Below, piece after piece: positions 49,380 through 64,000 of a stretch of 64,000 nt of DNA. Source of the DNA: Eledone cirrhosa (lineage: Eukaryota); NCBI GenBank assembly GCA_964016885.1, contig OZ024745.1, positions 8,432,001 through 8,496,000 on the forward strand, in the 5' to 3' direction. The stretch's first letter is position 1. The number at the start of each line of letters is the position of its first letter. The position numbers and the translations under genes are program-made. Below the pieces are notes generated by a model. It searched no databases, had not been told where the DNA came from, and saw only the letters and a list, made by a program, of their open reading frames with translations.

Positions 49380-52300
49380 CAACTCATTGAAAGACATCGA
49401 AAATGTCGTCAGTTTTGAAAACACGATGTCGGATGTTGATTGTAACATCAACACTAACACCAACACCAATGACATGAAAAATATAAACAACACCAACCAG
49501 AACAACAACAACAATAACAACACCAACAACAACAACAACAATAATGACAACAAAAACAACAAGAATAACAGCAACAATGATAACAACAACACCACCAACA
49601 ACAACAGCAACACGAACAACTCCACAAACAAGGAAAAGATTTCCTTTGCCCAAACTGCGAAAAAAAAACCTTGAATACCTGCCAGTAGACATAAGCAACG
49701 TTAAGGAGCTACTGGCAGAAGCCAAAAAATACATAGTATACGGGGAAAATGGATCATTTTCGACCCCCCCCCCCCCCCGGAACTAAAATGTCAGAGACTC
49801 CTAAACACTGATGTTTAGGACAGTGTTAAATAAAACGAAAAGACCAGCTCAACCATCACAGAGTGAGATAGAGCTGGTCTTAAAAGATGTAATGAAAGGC
49901 ATTCTGTTCATACAAAAGGATAGACTCTATGGGAGTCTATCCATTCTCATGAAGGACCAGGACACGGCAAAAAAACTTTCGGTAAAACCTATTACATCCA
50001 CCCCATACACCTTCTACCCTACGTACATGGGTAGAAGGTCACAGAAAATAAAAATACACACCATTCTTCTAATTATGGACATATGGTGGGTGTTATGTTA
50101 ACAGGTTTTCTTGACCTGAACGATGACATATTGATATCCATGGGAAAGGCATTGGGTGACGCGTTAAGTGGAACGGGCCTCGAACTTTTAGTTCAAATGA
50201 GGCCCGAAAGGATCGCCCAGATCCCTGAACGCTTCATACTGGATGACCAAACTTTTATAAACATTACCGTTGAGGGTAGGCGGCCCTCGTGTTACCTCTG
50301 TGGAACCAGAGGTCACCTGAGGGCTGTCTGTCCTCAACTTAAAAAGAAAACTCCAATTCTGCCCATACCACCAACAGCTACACAACCAACACAATCACCA
50401 CTACCACCACCACTACAAAAAAGAACACACAACAACAGCAAACAAAAAACACCACACAAAAACAAAAATATGCATACACATACATAAACACAAGAAACAA
50501 AAAACTGTTGAACATTATTTATAATAACAATTTGGTAAAATCCGAAGGGCTTAACTTCACCCAGGCAGGGGATTTCCTCCACCTCAAAATGATAAAAGTC
50601 CCAGAGCACATATACAAAACTTTAAAGGACAATTTTAAAGAGGACGTGGGGCCCCCCGGCGTCGGACCCATTAACCGCGTCCTCCTAAAAAATTTCCCCA
50701 CCCCTTCCCCAGACACCCACACAATTCCAAACACCCCAACCCCACCACACACTGATGCCCCCACACTACCACAAACCTCCACCCCACCCAACAACCCCTC
50801 ACACACCCCCATGGAAATTGTGCGGCCTAGTCCCCGGGACGCAGAGAGGTAGTGCCTCCTTTTTATCTTTACCACCAACATGGCTGTATTGAGAGTGGCT
50901 TGTCTAAATGCGCGTGGCCTGGGCTGATATTGGAAGCAAGCAAAACTTCTAAATGACCTCAGGTGACGCTGTATAAATGTGATGGTCATTTGCGAGGCCC
51001 GGATCAGCAGCGTGCACCAGCTAGCCCCCACCATTGACGACTTTAAGATGCACGCATCTCTCTGTCAGCCCGGAAGTGGGGTGGGTGGGGTTGTCGTTCT
51101 GCTGCAAAAACATCTGGGTCTCGCCGCACAGACGGTACACTTGGACCCGGAGGGTCGACTGGTGGTTTTAGACGTTGGCAGTGGTGAAAGCGGAGCCTTT
51201 AGGCTGGTCGCCGCCTACGCCCCTTTTGGGTCAGCGCGGCCGGATTTTTTCCAACGTCTTGAGACTTTTCTGGGGACGTCCCGCTCCTTGCTTTTAGTGG
51301 GGGACTGCAATGGTATCCTAGATGCACGTTGGGACTATGTAGGGGCATGTCCCGATAGAGGGCGGTGTAACAGTCTCAAGGAGTTAATCGGCCGATTTGA
51401 CCTGGCAGATAGATATCGACTAGATTTTCCGACTGCGCCAACCTGGACTTGGGCAAACCGCAGCGGATCATCTAGGTCATACCTAGATAGGGTCCTAGTT
51501 AGAAATAAAGATAGGGACCATTTAAGCTGTCCAGAGATGCTCATGGTTGGCTATTCGGATCACAAATTAGTTACCTGCATAGTCAACCTTGATAGAACCC
51601 ATAGACAGGGACCCGGTTACTGGAAACTGAACTTGTCCCTACCGGCAAGTAAAGTGTACAGGGACCGGATTAGTACTTTAGTTAATGAGTGGTTGACGGG
51701 AGCGATCGTCAACAGCAGGTGGTGGGGATCTCTCAAAAGAGAGATTAGGGTAGTTTCAATAGGATTTAGTAAGGATTTAGTCTCAGATAGAAATAGGAAG
51801 GAAAGGGAGTTGGTAGATAGTGTAGAAGAGGCAATTAGAAGTGGCGACGTGGCCGGAGTACTAGCGTCGAGAACGACCTTGGGCCAGTTCTTTGACGCGA
51901 AGCACGAAGGCTGCGTTGTCCGAAGCAAAATACGTGCTCTAGGAAACGAGGGGACCAAAGCTGTTAGCTGGGCCCGCGTGACAGAAGCCAAAAGAGGGAT
52001 TAGATCCACTATCCGGTCTTTGCGAGACCAGGATGAACGGGTGATCCTTGAACCTAAGCAGATGTGTGAGGCCTTTCAAAGGCACTTTACCTGATTGTTC
52101 GGGAGGGGCGGGGGCCGGATGGGGATGTGGACTTCGGTCCATACCTCGACGGCTTGCCACGTCTTTCGGACGAGGAGGCGAAGTCCTGCGAGGGGCCGAT
52201 TTCAGCTGCTGAGATAGAGGACGTGCTGAGCCGATGCGGCAAACGCAAATCCTCGGGTCTCGATGGTCTTCCATACGAACTATATCTAGCAATGTCGGAC

Positions 52301-53227
52301 TTGTTCCCCGATCTCCTCGAGACGGTCTACTGCAACTGGCAACAGAACGGGAGAATTCCCTGTTCTGTGCCCAAGGGCGTAGTCTCGCTAGTGAGGAAGG
52401 ACGAGAACAAGGGGTACGAAATAAGTAATTTCAGGCCCATAACTCTGCTAAATTCAGAGTTAAAGATTTTGGCCAAAGTGTTAGCAAAGAGGTTGGCGCT
52501 TGTCGTGGGAAACCTGGTGAGAGATGCGCAGACATGTGCTATCCCGTCCAGGTCCATCCACGACAACCTCCACCTTATGCGATACATTATAGCGAGGGTT
52601 GGGAACGAACCCGGCTTTGGTGGGGCCCTGATCAACTTGGATCAATCTAAGGCGTTCGATAGGGTCGACCATGGTTACCTGGATGTGGTGCTAGCGGGGG
52701 CAGATTTCGGACCCGTTTTCAGGGGCTGGATCACTGCCATGCACAGAAGCCGCATCTGTTCTAGAGTCAAGGTGAACGGCTACCTCTCGGAGCCGTTCGA
52801 AATCACGCGGTCCATCCGACAAGGGTGCCCTCTCTCCTCTCTTCTGTATGTATTGGCCCTCGAGCCACTGCTGCGGAAGTTGGAGTTGTTGCAGGGCATC
52901 CCTTTGGAACCGGGATTGCGGAAAGCGGTGTTGGCCTACGCCGATGACGTGACAGTAATGGTGTCGACCGCCTCGGAAATCGGGGCGATCGGCACCTTAC
53001 TGGAGGAGTACGAAAGGTTTACAGGGGCTAAGCTAAACCGGGACAAGTCGATCGAGTTGCAACTCGGCACGTGGAGGGGCAAATCGATGCCCTCCGATTG
53101 CGTCGTCGGACGCTGGACAGAGGGCCCGGTGAAGTTACTCGGGGTCTGGTTCGGACCAGACCTCCAGGTGGAGAAGAACTGGGGTGAGGTAACGAACAGG
53201 GTGTTTGCACTCACCCAGAAGTGGGCC
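49380..53227 (+). mobile_element. Tx1-like LINE copy E (another family), both termini missing
   Basis: ORF1 remnants to 50852 with CYLCGTRGHLRAVC; ORF2 remnants from 50880 (YLDR, SDH, RQGCPLS, YADD). Confidence 0.9.
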
Positions 53228-53649
53228 AGTGTGCATTGCGGCGATCCAGCCTCTGAAGAGGGTTCGAAGCCAGCTGCCTTGAGGACAGCCTCCAGGTATC
53301 GATGAATCTAAATTGATTAGAACCCCACCGAAGCCAGGTTTTACAGTTTTACACGTGCTTCTTTCCTTCTTTTCTCTTCGTGTTTTTCCTCCCTTCTATC
53401 TGTCTCTCCCCCTCACTTAGTATAGCCTTTAATTATGATATTCATATTTATTTTTATTTGTCACTTTATATATTTTTATTTTCTTGTCATTTTCCTTCTG
53501 TTTACCAGTCTGAAGATAGACATCCATTTGAGTCTTGCTAAAATTAATTATGGAATTGTCAGTGTCTAAACATTTATATGAGGCAATAGCAGGGTTGTTA
53601 CTGAAACGGCCGTAACGCAATAAACGAAGGTTACCCTGAATGATTTATA

Positions 53650-54437
<788 letters not shown>

Positions 54438-55679
54438 CTACATCCATACATATATATATACATACAAATATAAATTAGCGAGAATCGTATTTCGGCTTAG
54501 GGAATTAACGAAAAACAATTTCCGAGATGTGTGGCAAGCGCTCAATGATTCAGATGAACCAGAGCTACAACATACGTTAAAGGCCAAACACACTGAGACG
54601 ATGGTTAAACAATCATCCGCACAACCATAAAAATGACCAAGTAATTCGGGCCAAACAAATAAAAATATATGTGATTGAAAATCGAAAATTTATGTGATTA
54701 TACATTTACGTATGTATATAGCTATGCATTTATACATGCATTTATATTTAAGTGTGTCAGAATGTTGACATGATTTATGTTGTTTTTTGTGGGGCAAGGA
54801 GATAATTTTTGTCTCCAGATTTCATTACCTAGGGAGATTAAATGCCGCAGCTCTGGCTGAAAGCTGACCAGGTTCTCAACCTCATCTCATGGTCGGGTCG
54901 TTGGCGACTAAACTGGCAACCCCACCAAGGTTTCTTGGTGAAGAGGGTGACTTTGGACATCCTGCAGGACTAAAAACAAAACCTGTCAAAGGGCAACGGA
55001 GCTCTTAAGAGTCAATGGCCATCCAAAATCACCGGGAGAGATGACCCCTTAGCCTTTGTCAAGGCAGAATTCTAGAAGGAAAACTCTGATATAACACCTG
55101 CAACCCTGATGGTATCCAATGATATTGACTTGTTCTTCTTTTTGGTAAATATCATCTTGGTTAAGAGAGTGGGACTGGCTTTGTGCAGTGCCTTTGCTCA
55201 CTATAAAAGCTTCACGGTACAGGCATTGCTTTATATCTGGAGATCTCTCTGCACTTGTTGTCACATGGTACCATGGGCACAGCACTATGTGTCAATAATT
55301 GTCACAAGTGTAGTGTTTGTACCAGAGTTTTCAAGTCGCTGGCTGGACTAAAAAGTCACACTTGTTCAGCATCGGTAGGGGGTTCTCTTACATGGATATA
55401 AAGTAGTGGCCGTACTCGAAAACGAGTTAGCAGCCATCACCATTTGTATGTACGTATGTACGTATGCATGTGTGCGTATGTTCGTATGTATGTATATGTA
55501 TACACCCACACCTTTCACCACCATTGCTTATTTTTGTTGTCATTTCTGTTGAAGTTCTTGTAACTGTTGTAAAAGTTGACGTTGTCCTTATTTTAATTTT
55601 CTTTGATTTCTTATTGTTTTTCTTTTATCTCCCTAAGGAATTCGTTGACAAGCTTCTTTTATTTATTTTCTTCGTTTTC

Positions 55680-55850
55680 TTCATTCAAAAGCATTCACAT
55701 TGGCTGTCTAAGAGACTTATAAAACTTACCAAACTAAAGCTCTTCCAGCGCCCCCCAAATTTCCAAACGCCCCCCCCCTAACGCCTCCTTTCTCCAAAAC
55801 GCCCCCTTGCCTCCTGGAGCTTCAAATATGCCTCCAGTTGAGAACCTTTG
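55680..55850. mobile_element. hAT right end
   Basis: Similar to 45397-45597; ends GTTGAGAACCTTTG, followed by GTCTAGAC (55851-55858). Confidence 0.82.
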
Positions 55851-56468
55851 GTCTAGACCAATTCGCAGATTCTATCCACCACATGGGGCGTATATATAGT
55901 TGGCACACATCTCTCCCCAAATAGTACCATGGAGAGTATTTGAACTCAGCGTCCTGTAGCTGGCAAATCTTCATTTGGTATAGCTGTCTAGACCCTATGT
56001 CTGGTCTAAGGTGTTACTGTCTAACTAAGGTGTTACTGTCTTGTCTAACTGAGCAGACATGTGGTCCTGACTCGCCAATAATGACCATCTCGTCTTTTAC
56101 AGTATGTGGTTGGATCTTCGTCGGTTTCGACGACATATGTTCCAGTTGTTCGAACAGACCAACCTGATTCTGAAATTAACGGGAAAGTGGCTGAGCATTC
56201 TACAGTCACGTGTACTCTTAATGCAATTCTCAGGAGATTCAGCATGACATATTGTATTGCATGGCTGCTCCTTTGAATTACAGGTAAAACTTAATTACCC
56301 CAGTGAATTACAGATACAACTTAATTACCCCAGCTGAGAGAAGTGGGGCAACTTCAAATATGGCGTCCTAGAATGTCGATAGTGAGGGAGAAGAGAGACA
56401 AGAAAAGAGACGAAGAATGTCAGTGAGAGAAGAAAAGACCAGAGAAACGGGAGGAGTAGGAAGGAGTA

Positions 56469-56590
<122 letters not shown>

Positions 56591-56637
56591 ATCGATGTAC
56601 AGGAGAAAGCAAAGGTAGGAAAAAGAACCAATGAGAG

Positions 56638-57800
56638 GAGAGACTATAGAAAGAAGAGAGACTTTAGAAAGAAGAGAGACTTTAGAAAGAAGAGAGACTT
56701 TAGAAAGAAGAGGGACTTTAGAAAGAACAGACTTTAGAAAGAAGAGAGACTTTAGAAAGAAGAGAGACTTTAGAAAGAAGAGAGACTATAGAAAGAAGAG
56801 AGACTTTAGAAAGAAGAGAGACTATAGAAAGAAGAGAGACTTTAGAAAGAAGAGAGACTTTAGAAAGAAGAGAGACTATAGAAAGAAGAGAGACTATAGA
56901 AAGAAGAGAGACTATAGAAAGAAGAGAGACTTTAGAAAGAAGAGAGACTCTAGAAAGAAGAGAGACTTTAGAAAGAAGAGAGACTCTAGAAAGAAGAGAG
57001 ACTTTAGAAAGAAGAGAGACTCTAAAAGAAGAGAGACTTTAGAAAGAAGAGAGACTTTAGAAAGAAGAGGGATTATAGAAAGAAGAGAGACTATAGAAAG
57101 AAGAGAGACTTTAGAAAGAAGAGAGACTATAGAAAGAAGAGAGACTTTAGAAAGAAGAGAGACTCTAGAAAGAAGAGAGACTTTAGAAAGAAGAGAGACT
57201 ATAGAAAGAAAAGAGACTTTAGAAAGAAGAGAGACTCTAGAAAGAAGAGAGACTTTAGAAAGAAGAGAGACTCTAGAAAGAAGAGGGATTATAGAAAAAA
57301 GAGAGACTATAGAAAGTAGAGAGACTAGAGAAAGAAGAGAGACTTTAGAAAGAAGAGAGACTCTAGAAAGAAGAGAGACTATGGAAAGAAGAGAGACTAT
57401 AGAAAGAAGAGAGACTTTAGAAAGAAGAGAGACTCTAGAAAGAAGAGAGACTTTAGAAAGAAGAGACTCTAGAAAGAAGAGGGATTATAGAAAGAAGAGA
57501 GACTTTAGAAAGAAGAGAGACTTTAGAAAGAAGAGGGATTATAGAAAGAAGAGAGACTTTAGAAAGAAGAGAGACATTAGAAAGAAGAGAGACTATAGAA
57601 AGAAGAGAGACTATAGAAAGAAGAGAGACTATAGAAAGAAGAGGGACTTTAGAAAGAAGAGAGACTTTAGAAAGAAGAGAGACTATAGAAAGAAGAGAGA
57701 TTTTAGAAAGAAGTGAGACTATAGAAAGAAGAGAGACTTTAGAAAGAAGAGAGACTATAGAAAGAAGAGAGACTATGGAAAGAAGAGAGACTTTAGAAAG
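56638..57800. repeat. 18-bp purine-rich minisatellite AGAAAGAAGAGAGACT(T/A/C)T, ~65 copies
   Basis: Directly visible, next to (GA)n at 56472-56582. Confidence 0.96.
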
Positions 57801-58419
57801 AGAAATAAGGAAAAGAAGTGGAGGAAAACGAAGGGTCAACCTGATAAAAAAAAAATATGGAAACAAAGTGAGAAAGAAGTGTGTCTAGGGAGGGGGGGGG
57901 TGTAATGGATAAAGAACGAAAGAAAAAATGAAGGAAAATTGCAGACTAGGAAAAAGTAAAGAAATATGAGACTAAAAGAACGGGGAAAAGATGAAAGGAT
58001 ATTTAACAAAAACAGAGAAGAGGAAGTTTTTTTTAAAGTGTTAGGAAATGGGAGGAAGGAAGGAGAGGGATGGGAAAAAGGAAGGAATGAAACGGAAATT
58101 AAGATATAGGAAAGAATGAATGAGCATGAAAGAAAAAGAAAGACAGACGTCTAGAAATGAAGGAGGCCCAAATTAGATGGAAGATATTAAGGAAGAAAGA
58201 ATAATAGACAGATAATTAGAAAGATTAAAAGATGGACGTAAGAAAATTTGGAAGGAGAGAACTAGAGAATGAATAAGAGAGACATGAGAAGAGAAGATAG
58301 AGAGAGAGAGAAAGAGAGAGAGATAGAGAGAGAGAGTTAAAGTAAAAGGGGGAAAGAAAGAGGTGCATTAAATGATGAAGTTCGGGAGAGACGACGGCGT
58401 CATTCCAAGATAAAACAAT

Positions 58420-58700
<281 letters not shown>

Positions 58701-59024
58701 TATAATTCAGAAAACCAAAGCAGAAAAAAAAGAAACGTACCGCTCCATTTACTTTCAGACGACAATGACGTATCGTCTGCTATTTGATTCTTTAATCGTA
58801 CCATCACAAGATCGTTATCTCCTAAGTCAGACCGCTAACAGCACAACCCCGTTCCGACAGTTAACAGCACCACCCCCTATCATCTCTACTACTAACAACA
58901 CCAACACCACTATCATCACCATCCTCACTATATTTTTCTAACACATTTTCCCTTTCATCTTTGCGTATATAGACAACAACAGCTACTTGATTTTTTTTTT
59001 ATTGGTTTATGATAATAATAATGA

Positions 59025-59400
59025 TTTCTGATTTAGGTTCAAGGCCAGCAATTTGGGGAGAGAGGGAAGTCGATTAAATCGACTCAGTACGTTACTGGTA
59101 TTAAAGCTAACTTCGGCGGGATTTGAAATCAGAACATAAAGTGATGTGACTCTATGCCGCGAAGCATGGTGTCGATGCTTTACCGATTACTGCTAAATGG
59201 TTTCTAATTTAGGCACAAGGCCAGCAATTTGTGGTGCCATGTGGCTGAGAAAGGAAAATCGATTAAATCTACCCAGTATTTGACAGGTATTTTATTTTAT
59301 CGACTTCGAAAGGATAAAAGGCAACGTTGACCTCGGCGAGATTTGAACTTAGAACGTAGCGAGTCGGAACAAGTACAGTAAAACAGTATAACCAATGCTG
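59025..59400 (-). mobile_element. Two older diverged SINE copies in tandem
   Basis: AAGGCCAGCAATT, CGGCGGGATTTGAA and GACCTCGGCGAGATTTGAAC remnants. Confidence 0.75.
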
Positions 59401-60024
59401 CATCGATAACAGCCAAATTTCCACTTACAACCTACCAACACTCCCCACACATACACACTTCCAGGATAAAAGACAAAGTATATTCTGGTGAGACTTGAAC
59501 GCAGAACACAAACGGATGTTACGAGACCATCGGCTTTTACCTCCTCCACCACACTTTCATTTATCTGCCTACATCACCTCTAATGAAGTGCAACAGTCCT
59601 CGAAACATTAGATTCTTCACTCTTCTCAGCACTTTAGATCGTTAGAACGTCAGACAGAATTATTTCCGACTCTCTGCTCTCTCTCTCTCTTCAAATCTCA
59701 CTCACGTCAACTTTGCCGCCTTCTTCTTCTTCTTCTTCTTCTTGAAGAAATTATGTCTTTTCAGACAGACCTGGAAATGTGATGGGCTCCGCCAGGTTCA
59801 AAATGCTCAAGATGTTTCTTTGAACTGAACGCAACCTCCTAACCATTCTTGAAGACTATATTGGGTTCTTTTTCTTTTTTTCAAGACTATGCATCGCTTG
59901 ATAAGTAGTTGATTGCAGCGGACAGGTTTCTATCTTATATGACCTCCTCAACGAACCATATTCTTCTTAGTTGGCAAGACTAAGAGCAATCAACACACAC
60001 ATACACAATATATATATATATATG

Positions 60025-60102
<78 letters not shown>

Positions 60103-60224
60103 AGGGAGAAAGAAAGAAATGAGCGCTTTATAGTGAGGTTGTTTCTGATTATAAACAATATGGTTGAGAGAAACACCAAGTATTGACTTTTAATTCAGAC
60201 ACAAGAGGGCAGTAAAGTATTTAG

Positions 60225-61015
60225 GGAGAAGGGTACGTCGAATCATTTAAATGCAGTACTTCACTGGTACTTTATTTTGTTGACCACGGAAGGATGAAAA
60301 GCAAATGTAATATACCAGAACAAATTCCCCAGTTACATTGTATCCAACGCTCTACCAAATCTGCAAATCTTCTACCAATCCTGTAAATCATCTGCCAATC
60401 CTGTAAATCATCTGCCAATTCTGTAAATCCTCTACCAATTCTGTAAATCTTCTACCAATCCTGTAAATCTACCAATTCTGTAAATCTAACAATTCTGTAA
60501 ATCTACCAATTCTGTAAATCCTCTACCAATTCTGTAAACCCTCTACCAATTCTGTAATTCCTCTACCAATTCTGTAAACCCTCTACCAATTCTGTAAATA
60601 CTCTACCAATTCTGTAAATCCTTTACTTATGCTGTAAACCCTCTACCAATGCTGTAAATCCTCTACCAATTCTGTAAACCCTCTACAAATTCTGTAAACC
60701 CTCTACCAATTCTGTAAACCCTCTACCAATTCTGTAAATCCTTTACCAATGGTGAAACCCTCTACCAATGCTGTAAATCCTCTGCCAATTCTGTAAATAC
60801 TTCACCATGGAAAAGCTAAACATCGATTTCTAATTTGGGCTCAGGTCAGCAAATTTGGGAACATCCAAGTTAATTTAATCAACTCTAGAAGTTGGTAACT
60901 TTTATTGAGTCCGGAACGAGGAAAAGGTGATTTCAGCAGGATTTGAACTCAGAATGTAAAGAATCTAAAGAAATAACACAATGACATTGTATCTGATGCT
61001 CTACCAATTCTGACA
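60225..61015 (-). mobile_element. Diverged SINE copies (60225-60370, 60826-61015) flanking a 20-bp minisatellite (60350-60800)
   Basis: CTGGTACTTTATTTT..GGATGAAA and GGATTTGAACTCAGA; unit CTCTACCAATTCTGTAAA(T/C)C. Confidence 0.78.
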
Positions 61016-61234
61016 ATCTACTAAATATTAAATACAAATAAGTAGGGTTCCCCATATGTGTGTCGTATAGAGAGTTGAATATTTGTGAGTTGTCAAGAGG
61101 CTCCAGTCGATTGCTAATTTGTGGTTGTTAAACGCCTAATGGGTATATATACACATGTATATACACATGTATATATATATGTACATATATGTGTGTGTGT
61201 GTTTGTGTGTGTACATACTCACACACACACACAC

Positions 61235-61272
<38 letters not shown>

Positions 61273-61416
61273 AGTTTCCTTAATACACAAGTTATGAGTG
61301 TTTCTATAGAACGTCTATTGTAAATCTAGTTTCCTTTGATCTTTACTAGAAATATCCGTATTTCAATGATTGGATTAATTTTGTTTGCATTCATTTTCTT
61401 TGTACTTTGAAGGATA

Positions 61417-61861
61417 TGTGTGTGTGGGTGTGTGTGTGTGTGGGTGTGTGTGTGTGTGTCTGTGTCTGTGTCTGTGTGTGTGTGTGTGTGTCTGTGTGTA
61501 TGTATATATGTGTGTGTGTCTGTGTCTGTGTGTATGTGTATATATGTGTGTGTGTGTCTGTGTGTGTCTATGCCTGTGTGTGTGTGTGTATGTGTGTGTG
61601 TATGTGTGTGTGTGTGTATGTGTGTGCGTGTCTGTGTATGTGTGTGTGTGTCTGTGTCTGTGTGTGCGTATCTGTGTGTCTGTGTGTGTCTGTGTATCTG
61701 TGTGTGTGTCTGTGTGTCTGTGTGTGTCTGTGTATCTGTGTGTGTGTCTGTGTGTGTGTGTGCCTCTGTGTGTGTGTCTGTATGTGTGTGTCTGTGTGTG
61801 TGTCTGTGTGTGTTTGTGTGTGTGTGTGTGTGCGTATGTGCGTGCGCGCGTATGTGTGTAT

Positions 61862-61901
<40 letters not shown>

Positions 61902-61920
61902 CTCTATGTGTGTATGTGTA
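61417..61920. repeat. Compound (GT)n microsatellite
   Basis: Directly visible. Confidence 0.96.
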
Positions 61921-64000
61921 AGTATGTATGTATGTATGTTCTTTTTCTGTTATTCTTTTACTGGTTTTAGTCTCTGGACTGCGACCATGCTTGTTCGGAT
62001 ATTGTGTCTGTTGTTTTGAAAAATCACCTTCATGATGATGTCATCGCAGCCCTCTTCCCCAGAACCCTTCTACATCTCTTGTCAGTTCTCCATCGGTTTC
62101 TATTTTATTTTTACCTACTTCTTCATAAAAATCGTTCGGTGTTGGAGCCGGACTGTTTGTTTTATTCAAAGAATTGTCGTTTTTAATAATGGCGGCGTAC
62201 TCTGTACGATTTAGCAGGAATCTTTTGTTTTAGACGTACTTCGATTTTTGGTACTGTTTTGTTACATTATATTTCTGATGTATTGATATCCCTCACCCTT
62301 CATTGGGGTCTTTTTATTTCATCAACGGCTGAGATATCACTCCTTTTATTTTCTCTTTATTATCCATGTTGTTTGTGTCAGTTTTTATATTTCTGCGGCG
62401 GTGGGGGGGGGGGGGGGGTCATTTCCTTTGCTAACTGCTGACACTATTGCATATAAAACCTAGTATCATAGCTAGGAAGAGATGAGGGGGTGGATTAAGT
62501 CCTTTTGAAGTCCTAATCAGATTATGGTGTTGCTACCCCACATATATTGTAGACTACATCCATAAAAAGGTTACTTGTCTGATTAGCACAAAGGCACAGC
62601 CAAACCCGCTCCAGCCTCTTCCCTACATTTCTATTGTTGATATGTCATCTGCTTCTCAGACTTGGCTAAATTCATGTCACCTTTCCTCAGACACACGTTG
62701 GCAGCACATTGGCGTCTGTTGTGTAAGCCTGTAATATGCTGTATTGAAATAAAAGGGGTTTTAATGTCGGAATACTACTCGCTGTTGAAGGACCTCGATT
62801 AATTAAACTATGATATGTCTCTAAAGGTGACGGGGCTTCCTTGGGTGGCACACACTCTAGTGAAGCTACAGGTTTAACCTGTTGATATGGATATTCGAAG
62901 CTGTTTTCATTAAACTTGCGATGACCATATTTGCGGGTTTATTTTTGCTATTTCAACGTTAAACTTTATATTTGGGAAGTACTTCTATTGGTTCATAGGA
63001 AAATCTATTAATTTTTATTCTTTAAGTATATCAAATTATTGTCATATTCGTATTTTCCATATTTAGAATTTTTTATCCTTAAATATTTCTATTTTCTTTT
63101 ATTAATATATTGTCTAGGTTCCAGGGGTCTCTGGAGCTGCTGTCCAAACATGGACTGAAACTCCGAGGAGAGAGGAGACCGCATGGCCGACTGCAGGTTC
63201 CACAAAACAACCTTTCTAGGAACTTTCTAGGTGTAAATCCCATGGTCATTGGGGACCAAAGGAAGTCATTAAAGGTGTACTGCGGTGATGTAGAATAAAG
63301 TGTTCTGATCAGAAACACAACAAAACTACACCACTGAATAGTTCGATATCACCTCAGATATTTAAACTGTTTAGTTGCAGTTAAACCTCATGGAAATGTA
63401 CGCAATACAAGTGAAAACTATCAATAGTTTCATCAAATTTTGTTTTTCAGAAGAAAAGTCTTTCTGTTTAAAAGTATACCCACCCCAGATTATCACGAAT
63501 CCTTAGTTTAATCACCTCCACTCCAGTACCAAGAACCCACCTCCCAGTTTTCCTTCCATTACCTCCTTGCCCCTACACCCTACTCCCACCTCTCTTTGTT
63601 CCGACTGCTGCCCCTTCAAATATTTAAAAACAACTTGTCAGATATAGGAAACCCTGTCAATTGAGGACTGAGAACTTTCGGTTGGATCAATAATCCGATT
63701 GATTGTTGTGAGATGGTTGTGGTGGTGGTGGGGTGGTGGGGTGTAGTGGTGGTGGTGGTGGGGTGGTGAGGTGTAGTGGTGGTGGTGGTGGTGGTTGTGT
63801 GTAGTGGTGGTGGTGGTGTAGTGGTGGTGGTGGCGGTGCTGGTGATTGTGATGGTGGTGGTGTGTAGTGGGACAACAAATCGAGCAAAACAGGTAGAGGG
63901 TGTCACAGCAGTAAATACAAGTAAAGAGGCAGGCTGCGTGGTTACTGTAAATCAAGTGTCAGATTGTAATAGGGACGTAAACAACAGTCCTCTCTTACAT

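Noticed and set aside
54840-55430. Possible old LINE remnants (also 59720-59970 and 62400-63400)
   Set aside because: Only vague resemblance; no motif long enough to support a call without a database search.

Overview
Eukaryotic, repeat-saturated, AT-rich window with no recognisable host gene. The abundant tRNA-derived SINE resembles SINEs I associate with octopod cephalopods (inference, not verified). Contents: (1) several Tx1/L1-clade LINEs (zinc-knuckle ORF1; APE-RT-zinc-finger ORF2), mostly bounded by (ATT)n, one nearly intact (35194-41245); (2) two 5'-truncated R4/Dong-type RLE LINEs in the same (ATT)n tracts but on the opposite strand, plus a CRE-like 3' end; (3) a degenerate Penelope-like (Naiad-type) RT + GIY-YIG element and many short (TA)n-bounded, often fold-back modules carrying about ten type-I hammerhead ribozyme motifs, including a U3-A8 compensatory core variant; (4) tandem hAT elements with GTCTAGAC target duplications; (5) SINEs, a 29-bp satellite with higher-order structure, minisatellites and microsatellites. 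Main leads: the hammerhead/(TA)n modules, a CUUGU-loop hairpin shared by Tx1 3' ends, SINE 3' ends and Tx1 5' UTRs, a conserved splice-donor motif at the Tx1 ORF1 stop whose use would fuse ORF1 to ORF2 in frame, and ORF1-module swapping. All structures were read by eye; no searches or folding programs were run.
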